A stretch of DNA of 64,000 nt from an uncultured bacterium (GTDB lineage: Bacteria > JAJVIF01 > JAPKYR01). Every line of letters starts with the position of its first letter. Position 1 is the first letter of the stretch. Location: positions 48,406 through 112,405 of the forward strand of contig CBDURU010000001.1 in the NCBI GenBank assembly GCA_965369865.1, in the 5' to 3' direction. The notes under the pieces are model-generated. The model searched no databases. It had not been told where the DNA came from and was given only the letters and a program-made list of their open reading frames with translations. Made by a program: the position numbers and the translations under genes. Positions 29,637-39,151 of the stretch are shown piece after piece.

Positions 29637-32600
29637 GTGGATGAATTTCTGATTGAAAAATTTAAATTCGACCCACTTGTCGCGGATTTTATCGCCAATC
29701 CTGAAACGCTGCATCTCTGGACATCCGTCGGCCTTATCGCGCTCATTCTCGGGGTCGCATACCTCATAAGGATCGATCTGGATCCGCTGATTTTTGGACG
29801 CCGCCAGAGCTTCAGTTCCCTGATAGAACGACTCGCATTTTACCCGATTATTATCGGTCTGCTGATTTGGGTCTACTCTGGATCCTGGAATTGGCCCAGC
29901 CCGGTTCCCGACGGGTTGTTCCTTAACAAGTTCACGCTTGGAATTGGCGCCATTCTGGTCCTTATCCTTGGACGCGCGATAGTCCACTTCATATTGACCG
30001 AGAAAAATCGCTGGGATTTCTTCGACCAGCTACCCTTCTACCTGATGGTCGAATTTCAGTTTGCCGTTCCACTTGTCTATTATTACATGCTGGAACGCAA
30101 CGGCCTGATGCCCAAGGAGCAGCTCGGGTTTGCCTTCGCGTGTGTTTTTATCGCCTGCTTGATTATCAGCTGGCTCCTCGGTAGAAAAGTACATTTTCCA
30201 AGAAGCCCTGTCTCGAAATGGCTTTTGTTATTTATCGCTTACATGCTGTTGACGGTAATTTTTATGCCGTACCGTCTCGGGGCCGTGAAAAATATCATTC
30301 AATGGGTCGCGTTCGCATCCTGTTTCCTTGTGGGATTTGCCTACATCCCCGACAAACGCAGGCGGGATGTTATCCTTCTCACCGCGGTAATCGCGGCCCT
30401 TGTGTCGACACTATGGGGATTCTGGAAATACTTCGATGTTCCACTGAACATATTCGGTATGATCAACGATTACTACCCGGATGGCCATGACCTCGCCGGG
30501 CTGCCTTTTTACTTCAAAACCCCCAGCGCAGGACGGTATTTTCTTCTGGCAGGATTTTTCGCGAACCCGAACTACTATGGCGAATACGTTGCCCTGACCC
30601 TTTTCATCGGACTTGGACTCCTCCTTAAAACCGATTCTCCTAAATTACGGACATTTTTATCCATCGTTCTGGCGATCAACGCTTTCGAGTTGGTCGCGCT
30701 GTACAACCGTGCCGGCTGGTTCGGGGTTTTCGTCGGCGCCGGTTTTGTCCTGATCTTGCTACTCTGGACCAGGATTCCAATATTCAAACGGGTTTCAAAA
30801 ATCGGTTTGATAGCCGGGCTGATCACACTGGTCGTTGTATTGCTGCTCACCAGTACAGTGTTTAATAAAAGAGAAGCCGACTCCGAAACGCCGCTCGCCG
30901 CCACGCCTCTGGAACGTCTTAAAAGCATGACGGATTTCGAGGGCGATGAAACGTTCCGCAACCGCCAGACCATGTGGCGTGCGTCCATAATGATGGTGAC
31001 GGATGAGGAGCATGTCCCGGAACGGCTAACTTTCGGAGGTGGGTTCGGATTCTTCGAGATCGAATACCTGATCTACCAGACAAAGGTCCTTGAGACATAC
31101 AATTTCGAGGAATGGTTCCATAACGTTATACCTACCTTCCGTGCACATAACGACCACCTGCAGATGCTTGTCGAAGCCGGGATTATCGGGACGTTTTTCT
31201 ATGCGATGTTTTTCATCTCATTTTTCGTAATGGGATTCAGATTTTTAAAGGAGGAGGAGGACCCGGCAAGGAAATTTTACGCGCTGGGAATAATGGGTGC
31301 GACGATGTGCCTCCTAGCGATAGCGTGTTTCTCATTCCCCCTTCATAAAATTCAGCACGGGGGGCTGATTCTCACAGCTATGGGACTGCTAGTTGCCGAA
31401 ATCGTCGAAAGGAATCAATTAAGGAAGCAGCGGTCAATAGACGAAGAAGCAAATGGCAACCAGAACAAGGAACAAGACACAGCGGCAAAACGAAAGAAGA
31501 AAAAGAAAAAGCAGAAGGAATCCACACCACTGAGAGCCGTCACGAGAGTGCCTGTTGAGAGCAAACAGAGATTTTCAGTTGAGTTTTATAATACAGTTCA
31601 AAAGAAAATTAAACCCGAACTCGCATTCCCGGTAATAATAATTGTCCTGCTTCTTTGTATCTGGGGTGTCTACACCCAGGTCATCAATTTCAAGAGCCAT
31701 TACTTTGTAGTGAAGGGAATAGCGGAACTCAGGAAAGTAGAGTATGCACAAACCCCGGAACAGAAACAGACCCAGGCACAGGTTGCGGCTAACTACTTCT
31801 GGCGGGCATATAAACTCGATCCCACCAACGGCAGGGCTGAATTTTTCCACGGTTTCTCTCTCATTAAGAAAAACCTCTACCAGGATGTTGTCGCCGGTAC
31901 GGCACATATTGAGGAGGGGCAGGAGCTTTATCCCCAGTCGGATACATTCTACGCACTCGCCATGGGCTACGAAGCCCGCTACAAACTTGCCAACGAACAA
32001 ATTCAAATGAGGCTTGCACGGATTGAATCGTTAAATACGGATTTCGAAAACGAAACGGATACCCAGGCACTCAGGAATATTCAGGCGAATATCGAAGAAC
32101 TGAACGATGATATCCGGACACTTGAGGACGACGCCAGAATGAGCCATGGGATGGCGATTGACTCCTATATGACCGCGGCACGCTATTACCCGGTCAAAAT
32201 TGAATATTACAAGGAATTAATAAGGCTGCTTGAGGATGAGGGCCGTTGGGAGGAAATCGTTTTCTGGTCGGAGCGCGCGCTGATTGTGGATGAGTGGTTA
32301 CTGAAAAAACCCCAAATCCGGTGGAGATTCTACCTCTGGCTGGGACGGGCTTTTAAAATCCTTGGGGCGGCCGAACTGCAACTTGGTAATATCGAAGAAG
32401 GTTTCAAGTACTGGCAGGATGCCGAAAAAATCCTGCTTGAGGGCCTGGAGATATCCAACGCGGTTTATTTCACCTACTATGAACTCGCCCAGGTTTACGA
32501 GGCCTTAGGTGATTATTTCGCCGATACCGGCAATTCTACAAGGGCTATGTCGTTCTACGAAAAAGCCCGCGATATGTACATCCAGACTTTTAATAAAAAA

Positions 32601-32816
32601 GACAATGTTCAGCAGGGTGATGCTCCGTTTAATTACTCCTACTTCCTGCTCGGCCGTATTTACGAGAAACTTGGGAACATTGACAGGGCGGTTCACTACT
32701 ACAATTTAGTGTTGACCGAGGCCCTTTATAGTTCGAGAACCGAAACGTATCAGAGAGCACGGGGTAAAATTCAGGAACTTACCGGCGAGTGGGTGGGGGA
32801 ACCACCACCAGGTTGA
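29637..32816 (+). CDS. O-antigen-ligase-like (Wzy_C) polytopic membrane protein fused to a C-terminal TPR domain
   Basis: It has about 12 hydrophobic segments, the motifs FFANPNYYGEY and FRAHNDHLQMLVEAGIIG (the Wzy_C signature), a Lys-rich linker AAKRKKKKKKQKES, and then TPR-like repeats (YELAQVYEALGDY..., LLGRIYEKLGNIDRAVHYYNLVL). The start is uncertain (GTG at 29637). Confidence 0.75.
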   Translation: MDEFLIEKFKFDPLVADFIANPETLHLWTSVGLIALILGVAYLIRIDLDPLIFGRRQSFSSLIERLAFYPIIIGLLIWVYSGSWNWPSPVPDGLFLNKFTLGIGAILVLILGRAIVHFILTEKNRWDFFDQLPFYLMVEFQFAVPLVYYYMLERNGLMPKEQLGFAFACVFIACLIISWLLGRKVHFPRSPVSKWLLLFIAYMLLTVIFMPYRLGAVKNIIQWVAFASCFLVGFAYIPDKRRRDVILLTAVIAALVSTLWGFWKYFDVPLNIFGMINDYYPDGHDLAGLPFYFKTPSAGRYFLLAGFFANPNYYGEYVALTLFIGLGLLLKTDSPKLRTFLSIVLAINAFELVALYNRAGWFGVFVGAGFVLILLLWTRIPIFKRVSKIGLIAGLITLVVVLLLTSTVFNKREADSETPLAATPLERLKSMTDFEGDETFRNRQTMWRASIMMVTDEEHVPERLTFGGGFGFFEIEYLIYQTKVLETYNFEEWFHNVIPTFRAHNDHLQMLVEAGIIGTFFYAMFFISFFVMGFRFLKEEEDPARKFYALGIMGATMCLLAIACFSFPLHKIQHGGLILTAMGLLVAEIVERNQLRKQRSIDEEANGNQNKEQDTAAKRKKKKKKQKESTPLRAVTRVPVESKQRFSVEFYNTVQKKIKPELAFPVIIIVLLLCIWGVYTQVINFKSHYFVVKGIAELRKVEYAQTPEQKQTQAQVAANYFWRAYKLDPTNGRAEFFHGFSLIKKNLYQDVVAGTAHIEEGQELYPQSDTFYALAMGYEARYKLANEQIQMRLARIESLNTDFENETDTQALRNIQANIEELNDDIRTLEDDARMSHGMAIDSYMTAARYYPVKIEYYKELIRLLEDEGRWEEIVFWSERALIVDEWLLKKPQIRWRFYLWLGRAFKILGAAELQLGNIEEGFKYWQDAEKILLEGLEISNAVYFTYYELAQVYEALGDYFADTGNSTRAMSFYEKARDMYIQTFNKKDNVQQGDAPFNYSYFLLGRIYEKLGNIDRAVHYYNLVLTEALYSSRTETYQRARGKIQELTGEWVGEPPPG

Positions 32817-32935
32817 TGAACTTCCTGGATTAAATCCGAATCGTATGTTTCGGGATATTTACCAATGGAGTTTCCTTTTTAGACCGTGGTGCTATGCTAT
32901 ACTATAATACAATTCTCAACGTGAGGTGATTACCA

Positions 32936-33631
32936 ATGACCCGTATTCCGGTGTTTCTAACAATAATTGTTGTAATCATGATGTTGAATGTCACGGCGAG
33001 CGCCGATGAGCTTACCGCTATCGATATATTCGATGGGATGATCTACTACGAAAGCGATCAGCTTACTACAACCCCATCGATCAGGGATTATGAGTGCATG
33101 ATTACCGCGACCTCTGTTCGCGCAGGTGGCAGGACACAGGAAATTGTTGAGAAGTCGCTTTATTTCATGGTGCCCGCTTTCCAGCTACAACTTTTTGAGG
33201 ACAAACCGGTTTTTTATTTCGATCATAACCTTCTGATTGTCCTCCTCGAAAGCCATGAACTCACCAGGCAGCGAGACGAGATCATTGAAGATGTGCCTTG
33301 TTACTCGATACGTTTAACTCCGCTGGACCCTGCATTTGCACACTATTATAAAACTTATTATGTAGCCCAGGACGATTTCCGTCACATCAGGACAGTTGTT
33401 AAAGAATCAGATTACCGGTACGACAACCTCTCAACAGAGATCAATTACACGTATGAAACTGTCGGGATTTTTAACCTCCTGAGCCAGACAGTCGCTGAAA
33501 TCAATGATGAAAACGACAACCTACTGGCTACCGTAACAACCGATTACACCGATTATGAATTTGGAATCGGGCTGGACATAGACTTTTTCACCAATTATCT
33601 CGAGGGTACCGATCCCACTATACCCCATTAA
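32936..33631 (+). CDS. Secreted protein of unknown function (possibly LolA-like fold)
   Basis: It has the signal peptide MTRIPVFLTIIVVIMMLNVTASA. I recognise no catalytic motif. Confidence 0.5.
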   Translation: MTRIPVFLTIIVVIMMLNVTASADELTAIDIFDGMIYYESDQLTTTPSIRDYECMITATSVRAGGRTQEIVEKSLYFMVPAFQLQLFEDKPVFYFDHNLLIVLLESHELTRQRDEIIEDVPCYSIRLTPLDPAFAHYYKTYYVAQDDFRHIRTVVKESDYRYDNLSTEINYTYETVGIFNLLSQTVAEINDENDNLLATVTTDYTDYEFGIGLDIDFFTNYLEGTDPTIPH

Positions 33632-33663
33632 TTAACATCCGCCGGACCGTTTGCATTCAACTC

Positions 33664-34365
33664 ATGACCGAACAAGAATCCCAGACTGTCTGTATCATCC
33701 CAGCCTTTGATGAGGCTCCTACAGTCGCGGATATCGCCAGGATCGCGGTCGAACATCCTTTAATCGGCCGCGTTTTTGTAATCGATGACGGCTCAACTGA
33801 TGATACATCTGAAAAAGCACGGGCGGTCGATGGAGTTAACCTCATCGTTCACAATGTAAACGGCGGTAAAGGAAAGGCCATGCGCACCGGCCTGGATGCG
33901 ACTGATGAACCAATCGTCCTATTTCTTGACGCGGACCTGGTCGGTTTGAAACCTCACCATATCACCGACCTTATGAAACCTGTCCTCGATGGTGATGCGG
34001 ACATGTCCGTCGGGCTTTTCAGAGGCGGACGCCTTCACACCGATCTCGCGCATATGATCACCCCCTCACTCTCCGGCCAGAGGACAGTCCAAAGATCGGT
34101 GATCGAAAATATGGACATGGACTCGGTTGGATTCGCGATTGAAAGGGCACTGACAGAACTCTGGGAAACAGGAAAAATCAAAGTTAAAGATGTCATCTGG
34201 AAAGGCGTCACACATCGAACCAAAGAGGAGAAACGCGGGTACATCGAAGGCGTCAGGCAGCGAATAGGAATGTTTTCGGAGATACTTAAATTCGAAGGGA
34301 AACGCATCGGGAGACGCCTGAAAAACGGCAAAACCACTCACTCTGAACGGTCGGACAAACCGTAA
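33664..34365 (+). CDS. Family-2 glycosyltransferase
   Basis: It has CIIPAFDEAPTV, VIDDGSTDDT and FLDADL (DxD), the GT-A/GT2 signatures. Confidence 0.8.
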   Translation: MTEQESQTVCIIPAFDEAPTVADIARIAVEHPLIGRVFVIDDGSTDDTSEKARAVDGVNLIVHNVNGGKGKAMRTGLDATDEPIVLFLDADLVGLKPHHITDLMKPVLDGDADMSVGLFRGGRLHTDLAHMITPSLSGQRTVQRSVIENMDMDSVGFAIERALTELWETGKIKVKDVIWKGVTHRTKEEKRGYIEGVRQRIGMFSEILKFEGKRIGRRLKNGKTTHSERSDKP

Positions 34366-34582
34366 AATGCGCATCCTGCAAATGACCCTTGTAAAATGTG
34401 CATTCTGCGCATGATTCAAAATTCCTCCCGGTTAACCTCGATACTCATTTTCTTCCAGTCACCTTTCCTGAAAAGTCAGAAATAATTCCAGCAAAATGGT
34501 GAGCACATACCATGCTCGTTTTTAGAGCGACGGCTGGATTATCTAGCATCGAAGTAAGGTTGGTATGCTGTAAATTCATGAG

Positions 34583-37552
34583 TTATTTGGCTAAGGCCTT
34601 GGAAACCCTATCCAATTTTCTATGGACGAGTAAAGTATCCTCCGATTTTTCTCCCAGAGCTTTTTTAAGTGTTTTGTAAGCCTTCTGTAAATTGCTTTTC
34701 GCCTTAAGTAATTTTCCTTGCACTTCGTATAAGCTTCCTCTATGGCTAAGGCAAATACCTAAGTGTGCTTTTTCTTTGATGTCAGGAGATGCAAGAATTC
34801 GAAGAGCTTGGTCATTATAATTTAGAGACTCTTCGAACTCTCCAACTTTCATTAGACTAGCAGCTAAATTGTCAAACCTAATTCCAACGTATTCATGCTC
34901 AGGACCATAGTTATGAACTTCGACCTCAAGGGCATGTCGATATAAGTGGGAAGCAATATGAAAATCTTCTTGGATTAAATGCAATTTTGCCAAATCAGAA
35001 TAAAGAACACTCATAACATCATTATCTTTCTCGCCTTTCGAAATAAATTCATTAATTTTGCAGTTGATTTTATTCATTAGGTTTATAGTCTCCAAATTGC
35101 TTTCAAGAGTAGATGCATATTGTATGTTTTGCTTTCCAAATTTTTTAACTAGATCATTAGCTTTCAAAAATTGATCTAAAGCTTTATCATAATCACCTTC
35201 TGCGCGATAAACGCATCCTAGATTATTGAAATGCAAAATTAGTTGAGATCTATTTATTGTATTCTCTTGTTGTTCTGAATCCGCTTTTATTGCTTTAGTA
35301 AGTAAAATTTTTGCAGCCCTTAACATTCCAGCATGCTTGTAAGCAACACTTAAGTTTGACAGTTTAAATGATATGTTTTGCATGTTTAGAAAACCAGCTT
35401 GTACGAGGAGCCTTAGAGATTTCTTGTGAAGTTTGATGGCCCCGGCTGGATTTCCCTGTTGTCGAATGACAACCGCTAAATCAGATAGACTACCAATTGT
35501 TATTTCATGAGAAGCACCTAGGTGTTTTCTAGATAAATGATAAGATCTGGCAAAGGTTTTTTTCGCCAAATGTAGCTCGTCGGACTCCAGGTAACATAAA
35601 CCGATGTTTTTTAAGCAGATAATGTATTCATGGTCTTCCTCCCCTTTTTGTTGCCTATAAATCTCAAGGGCTTTCTGAGATAACACTAATGCTTCATTAA
35701 ATCGCTCTAGTTTTCTTAACACCCCAGCAAGATTATCCGCAGATGTAGCATATTCAACTTGGTCACATCCACGGAAATGTTGCGAAATGTTAAGTGCATT
35801 TTCAAAGCAATCCAAAGCAGAATTAAGTTTAAAGGATTGGTCAAGTAATAATCCTGCAAAATTTAATAATCTTACATTGATTGCTTCAGCCAGTTTAATA
35901 TGAGAAAGATGTTTTGAAATAGATAATACGTGCGGTAAAATTCTGATTTTAGATTTATGATTGAGAGTCGTATCTGCAATGAAATTATCCAGAATCTTCG
36001 CAGATGCCCATGCATATGTAAGAAATGTTTCTTTATCGAGTTGACCTAGAACAACGTCTTGTAGAAGTCTATGGATTGAGAGATTATCAGAGTTTTCCAG
36101 TTGGAATCGATCCACCAAGGATAAAGCACGCAAATTCTTAATAAGTGTATTTAATAAAATATCATCTTGAGCCTGTTCTTCTAAAAACGAAGGTAAATAT
36201 TCTTTTCCTTTTTTAATAATTGCTAGTGGGATGTCTTCAGGGGCAAAGAAAGCAAGTAAAAACAAGAGACTAGTACTTCCATCATCAAGAGATTTAATTG
36301 ATGATAACCAAGTTGTGGCAACGGTTGAATGGTAATCGTCAACTTGCCTAACCTGCTCCAATATTTTTGTACGGTTTACGATCAAGATATCATATAATTT
36401 CCCTAGTGATATTCCAGAGAGTTTTGCATATGCAACTGACTGCTCTAAAGCTAGTGGGAGATCTTTTAATTCATCAGCTATTTTATCTGCAGCTTTAAGA
36501 TCATCAGAACCGGTTCTTTGCACAATGAATCTGACAGACTCCTCCCGTTTCCACGGAGTAACAAGAATCTCGTGACCGATGTGGCTCCAGTCTGGACTCA
36601 GGGATGTGATTATCACATTCCCACGTAAGCCCTGAGGAATGAATTCTTTTATTGACTGCTGATCAGGTGCATTATCATAGATAATGAGCCAGCTTTTATG
36701 TTGCCTTAGCCAATCGAGCACACTTTTCATAATTTCATAGTGTGGTAGATTAAAATCAATCATAAATTTGATATTTGGGAAGTATTCCTTGCTAAGGTTC
36801 TGGGCTAGATCGATAAATTGAACAGGAATGCTAGCTGGGAATTCGGAATTGATCCACCATACAATTTTATATTCGTGAGCGTAGTGATAGGCGTACTCAA
36901 GAGCGATTTGCGTCTTACCAATGCCGGCTCCTGAATGGAGTACCTGGGTGACTGCAGCAGGAGTTCCAGATGTTAGACCTTCATGCAGGTGATGGAGAAT
37001 TTCATCTCTACCAGTGAAACTAAGATTGCGATTATAAGGCACATGCCAGATTTTTGGTACTGCAAAAGGATCTGAGGGTTCATCAGTTTCAGGTATAGCT
37101 GTACTGAATGGGCAAACTGGTTCATCATCCGGTTTTTTAATACCTTTAACCGTTGATTCAACCTTTAGTGCAAGCTCAGTTCTGTTAATGGTCCCAACAA
37201 GATCACTGTATATAATTGTTCTGAGCAATCCTTTGGGCTTATAGTCGGCAACCCTAAAAGGCATTATAATTGATTTGCCAGTTTCATTTTGCTTATCATT
37301 GAAAGCATTCCACTCATCCATACACTGTTCAGATTGTTGATAATCAGGGGAAAGAAGCGCGATCATCCGATCGGCCTTTTCTACGGCATCTCCCATATGC
37401 TTTCTGAAAGATTGACCATGCGCAAAGTCATATTTATCAAAGATTGTCTCACGATCACATTTTTTCCGAACAAACCATTCTATCCATTTGGCTTTAGGTG
37501 TGTCTTTGTGGCTATAACTTATAAAAATAATTTCCTTTCCATTTTTAACCAT
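34583..37552 (-). CDS. TIR - NB-ARC (STAND P-loop NTPase) - TPR protein; candidate antiviral/abortive-infection sensor
   Basis: The TIR part is IIFISYSHKD...LLSPDYQQSEQCMDEW (the conserved Glu context). Walker A is GAGIGKTQIA (nt ~36911-36931) and Walker B is WLIIYDNA. The NB-ARC GLPL-like motif is LKDLPLALEQ. About 500 aa of TPR repeats follow. The gene is much more AT-rich than both flanks. Confidence 0.85.
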   Translation of the reverse strand: MVKNGKEIIFISYSHKDTPKAKWIEWFVRKKCDRETIFDKYDFAHGQSFRKHMGDAVEKADRMIALLSPDYQQSEQCMDEWNAFNDKQNETGKSIIMPFRVADYKPKGLLRTIIYSDLVGTINRTELALKVESTVKGIKKPDDEPVCPFSTAIPETDEPSDPFAVPKIWHVPYNRNLSFTGRDEILHHLHEGLTSGTPAAVTQVLHSGAGIGKTQIALEYAYHYAHEYKIVWWINSEFPASIPVQFIDLAQNLSKEYFPNIKFMIDFNLPHYEIMKSVLDWLRQHKSWLIIYDNAPDQQSIKEFIPQGLRGNVIITSLSPDWSHIGHEILVTPWKREESVRFIVQRTGSDDLKAADKIADELKDLPLALEQSVAYAKLSGISLGKLYDILIVNRTKILEQVRQVDDYHSTVATTWLSSIKSLDDGSTSLLFLLAFFAPEDIPLAIIKKGKEYLPSFLEEQAQDDILLNTLIKNLRALSLVDRFQLENSDNLSIHRLLQDVVLGQLDKETFLTYAWASAKILDNFIADTTLNHKSKIRILPHVLSISKHLSHIKLAEAINVRLLNFAGLLLDQSFKLNSALDCFENALNISQHFRGCDQVEYATSADNLAGVLRKLERFNEALVLSQKALEIYRQQKGEEDHEYIICLKNIGLCYLESDELHLAKKTFARSYHLSRKHLGASHEITIGSLSDLAVVIRQQGNPAGAIKLHKKSLRLLVQAGFLNMQNISFKLSNLSVAYKHAGMLRAAKILLTKAIKADSEQQENTINRSQLILHFNNLGCVYRAEGDYDKALDQFLKANDLVKKFGKQNIQYASTLESNLETINLMNKINCKINEFISKGEKDNDVMSVLYSDLAKLHLIQEDFHIASHLYRHALEVEVHNYGPEHEYVGIRFDNLAASLMKVGEFEESLNYNDQALRILASPDIKEKAHLGICLSHRGSLYEVQGKLLKAKSNLQKAYKTLKKALGEKSEDTLLVHRKLDRVSKALAK

Positions 37553-37578
37553 AAAAACACCAATATCTGTACTGAACT

Positions 37579-38985
37579 CTAACCCCTTGCGGCCATCTCT
37601 ACTTCCGCGTATTCGGCGGTGAAATGCCTTAATACCGGGGGTTCGTAGGTCAGGCGTATGCCTTTCAATTCGTCTCGTTTTTCGTACACGGTTTTGATAG
37701 TATCAATAACATAATCCATTTGGGTTTGCGTGTAGACACGACGCGGGATCGCCATCCGGACGAATTCGAAACGTGCGGTACGTTCCTTGCCGGTCTCCGG
37801 GTCGCGTCCCGCGAGGATTGTCCCGATCTCGCACACTCGCACTCCACCCTCAATGTAAACCGCGTTCTGAAAAGCAATGCCCGGATATAATTTCCGGGGC
37901 ATATCGGGCATTGCTTTTGTAATGTTTAAATAAACAGCGTGGCCGCCGGTCGGCCAGAAAATCGGTACTCCCGCCTTACGGAGCCTGGCTCCAAGGTAAC
38001 GGGTTTGCCCGATACGCCATGTCAGGTAGTGCTCATCCATTCCTTCCCGTAAGCCGACCGCAAGCGCCGCGATATCCCGTCCGGCCTGGCCGCCGTAAGT
38101 CGGGAAACCCTCGAACAACGTTGCCATGGTCGCGAGTTTCCGGTAAAGCTCCTCATCGCGGCAGACGATGAGTCCGCCGATATTAACAAGCCCGTCCTTC
38201 TTGCTCGACATCATCGCCCCGTCGACATAACTGAACATCTCTTTGACGATTTCCGGAATTGTTTTTTCCGCGTAGCCTTCCTCGCGGGTTTTTATAAAGT
38301 ATGCGTTTTCGGAAAACCGGGCCGCGTCGAAAAACAAGGGGATTTCGTAGCCCCCGCAAACCTTGCTGATTTCCCGTATGCAATTCATGCTGACAGGTTG
38401 GCCGGCAGCGGTGTTCGCGGTGATTGTCAGGATTACGAGCGGTACATTGTCGATCCCGGCATCCTCAATCGCCCTTGTTAATTTGTCAGGATCGATATCA
38501 CCCTTGAACGGGCTGTCACTTTCGGAATCGAGCGCTTCATCGCATATGCAGTCCACCCCGACCCCTCCCGCCCACTGGATGTGTCCGGATGTCGTATCGA
38601 AATGCCCGTTTCCGGGCACGACCGGCCTTTTATCGGATTCGAGGAGTACTGTCAGCACAAGATGCTCGGCGCCGCGACCCTGGTGGGCGGGAAGCACATA
38701 CGGCATGCCGAAAATTTCCTTCGCCGTACGGTTAAGTTCCTCCCATGATTTCGAGCTTGCGTAAGATTCATCCCCCCGCATGATCGCTGCCCACTGCTCA
38801 TCGCTCATCGCTCCGGTGCCGGAGTCGGTGAGGAGATCGATCGTAATTTTTCTGGCGGGAACATTAAAAATGTTGCCTTTCGCGTCCCGCCACAGGATTT
38901 TTTCACGTTCCTCGCGCTTAGTGATCGGGACTTTCTCGACTGCCTTTATTTTAAACGGCTCGAACGGGTATGAAATCTCCGGCAT
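37579..38985 (-). CDS. Beta-eliminating lyase: tryptophanase / tyrosine phenol-lyase family (PLP-dependent)
   Basis: It aligns along its length with TnaA/TPL (DLLTDSGTGAMSD, HQGRGAE, PLP-lysine context MSSKKDGLVNIGG, RLTIPRRVYT-like MAIPRRVYT). I cannot separate Trp from Tyr specificity by eye. Confidence 0.85.
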   Translation of the reverse strand: MPEISYPFEPFKIKAVEKVPITKREEREKILWRDAKGNIFNVPARKITIDLLTDSGTGAMSDEQWAAIMRGDESYASSKSWEELNRTAKEIFGMPYVLPAHQGRGAEHLVLTVLLESDKRPVVPGNGHFDTTSGHIQWAGGVGVDCICDEALDSESDSPFKGDIDPDKLTRAIEDAGIDNVPLVILTITANTAAGQPVSMNCIREISKVCGGYEIPLFFDAARFSENAYFIKTREEGYAEKTIPEIVKEMFSYVDGAMMSSKKDGLVNIGGLIVCRDEELYRKLATMATLFEGFPTYGGQAGRDIAALAVGLREGMDEHYLTWRIGQTRYLGARLRKAGVPIFWPTGGHAVYLNITKAMPDMPRKLYPGIAFQNAVYIEGGVRVCEIGTILAGRDPETGKERTARFEFVRMAIPRRVYTQTQMDYVIDTIKTVYEKRDELKGIRLTYEPPVLRHFTAEYAEVEMAARG

Positions 38986-39151
38986 GCTTCACTCCTCGAA
39001 AGTGCTGAACAATCCGAAATGATTGTACTCTTTGGGGGGGAGTAGGCGCAAGGGGTGTAATACTGCAACCAGTGCTGAATGGTAAAGCGAATTATATTAA
39101 AGATGCAGGAATTTGCTTATTTACATATTAAATTCTTTGCCAGGGTATAGG

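Noticed and set aside
31485-31525. The purine-rich AAG/AAA tract in the Wzy_C-TPR gene, considered as a slipped-strand phase-variation site
   Set aside because: It is not a pure homopolymer or a perfect short tandem repeat (AAACGAAAGAAGAAAAAGAAAAAGCAGAAGG). It simply encodes a Lys-rich linker.
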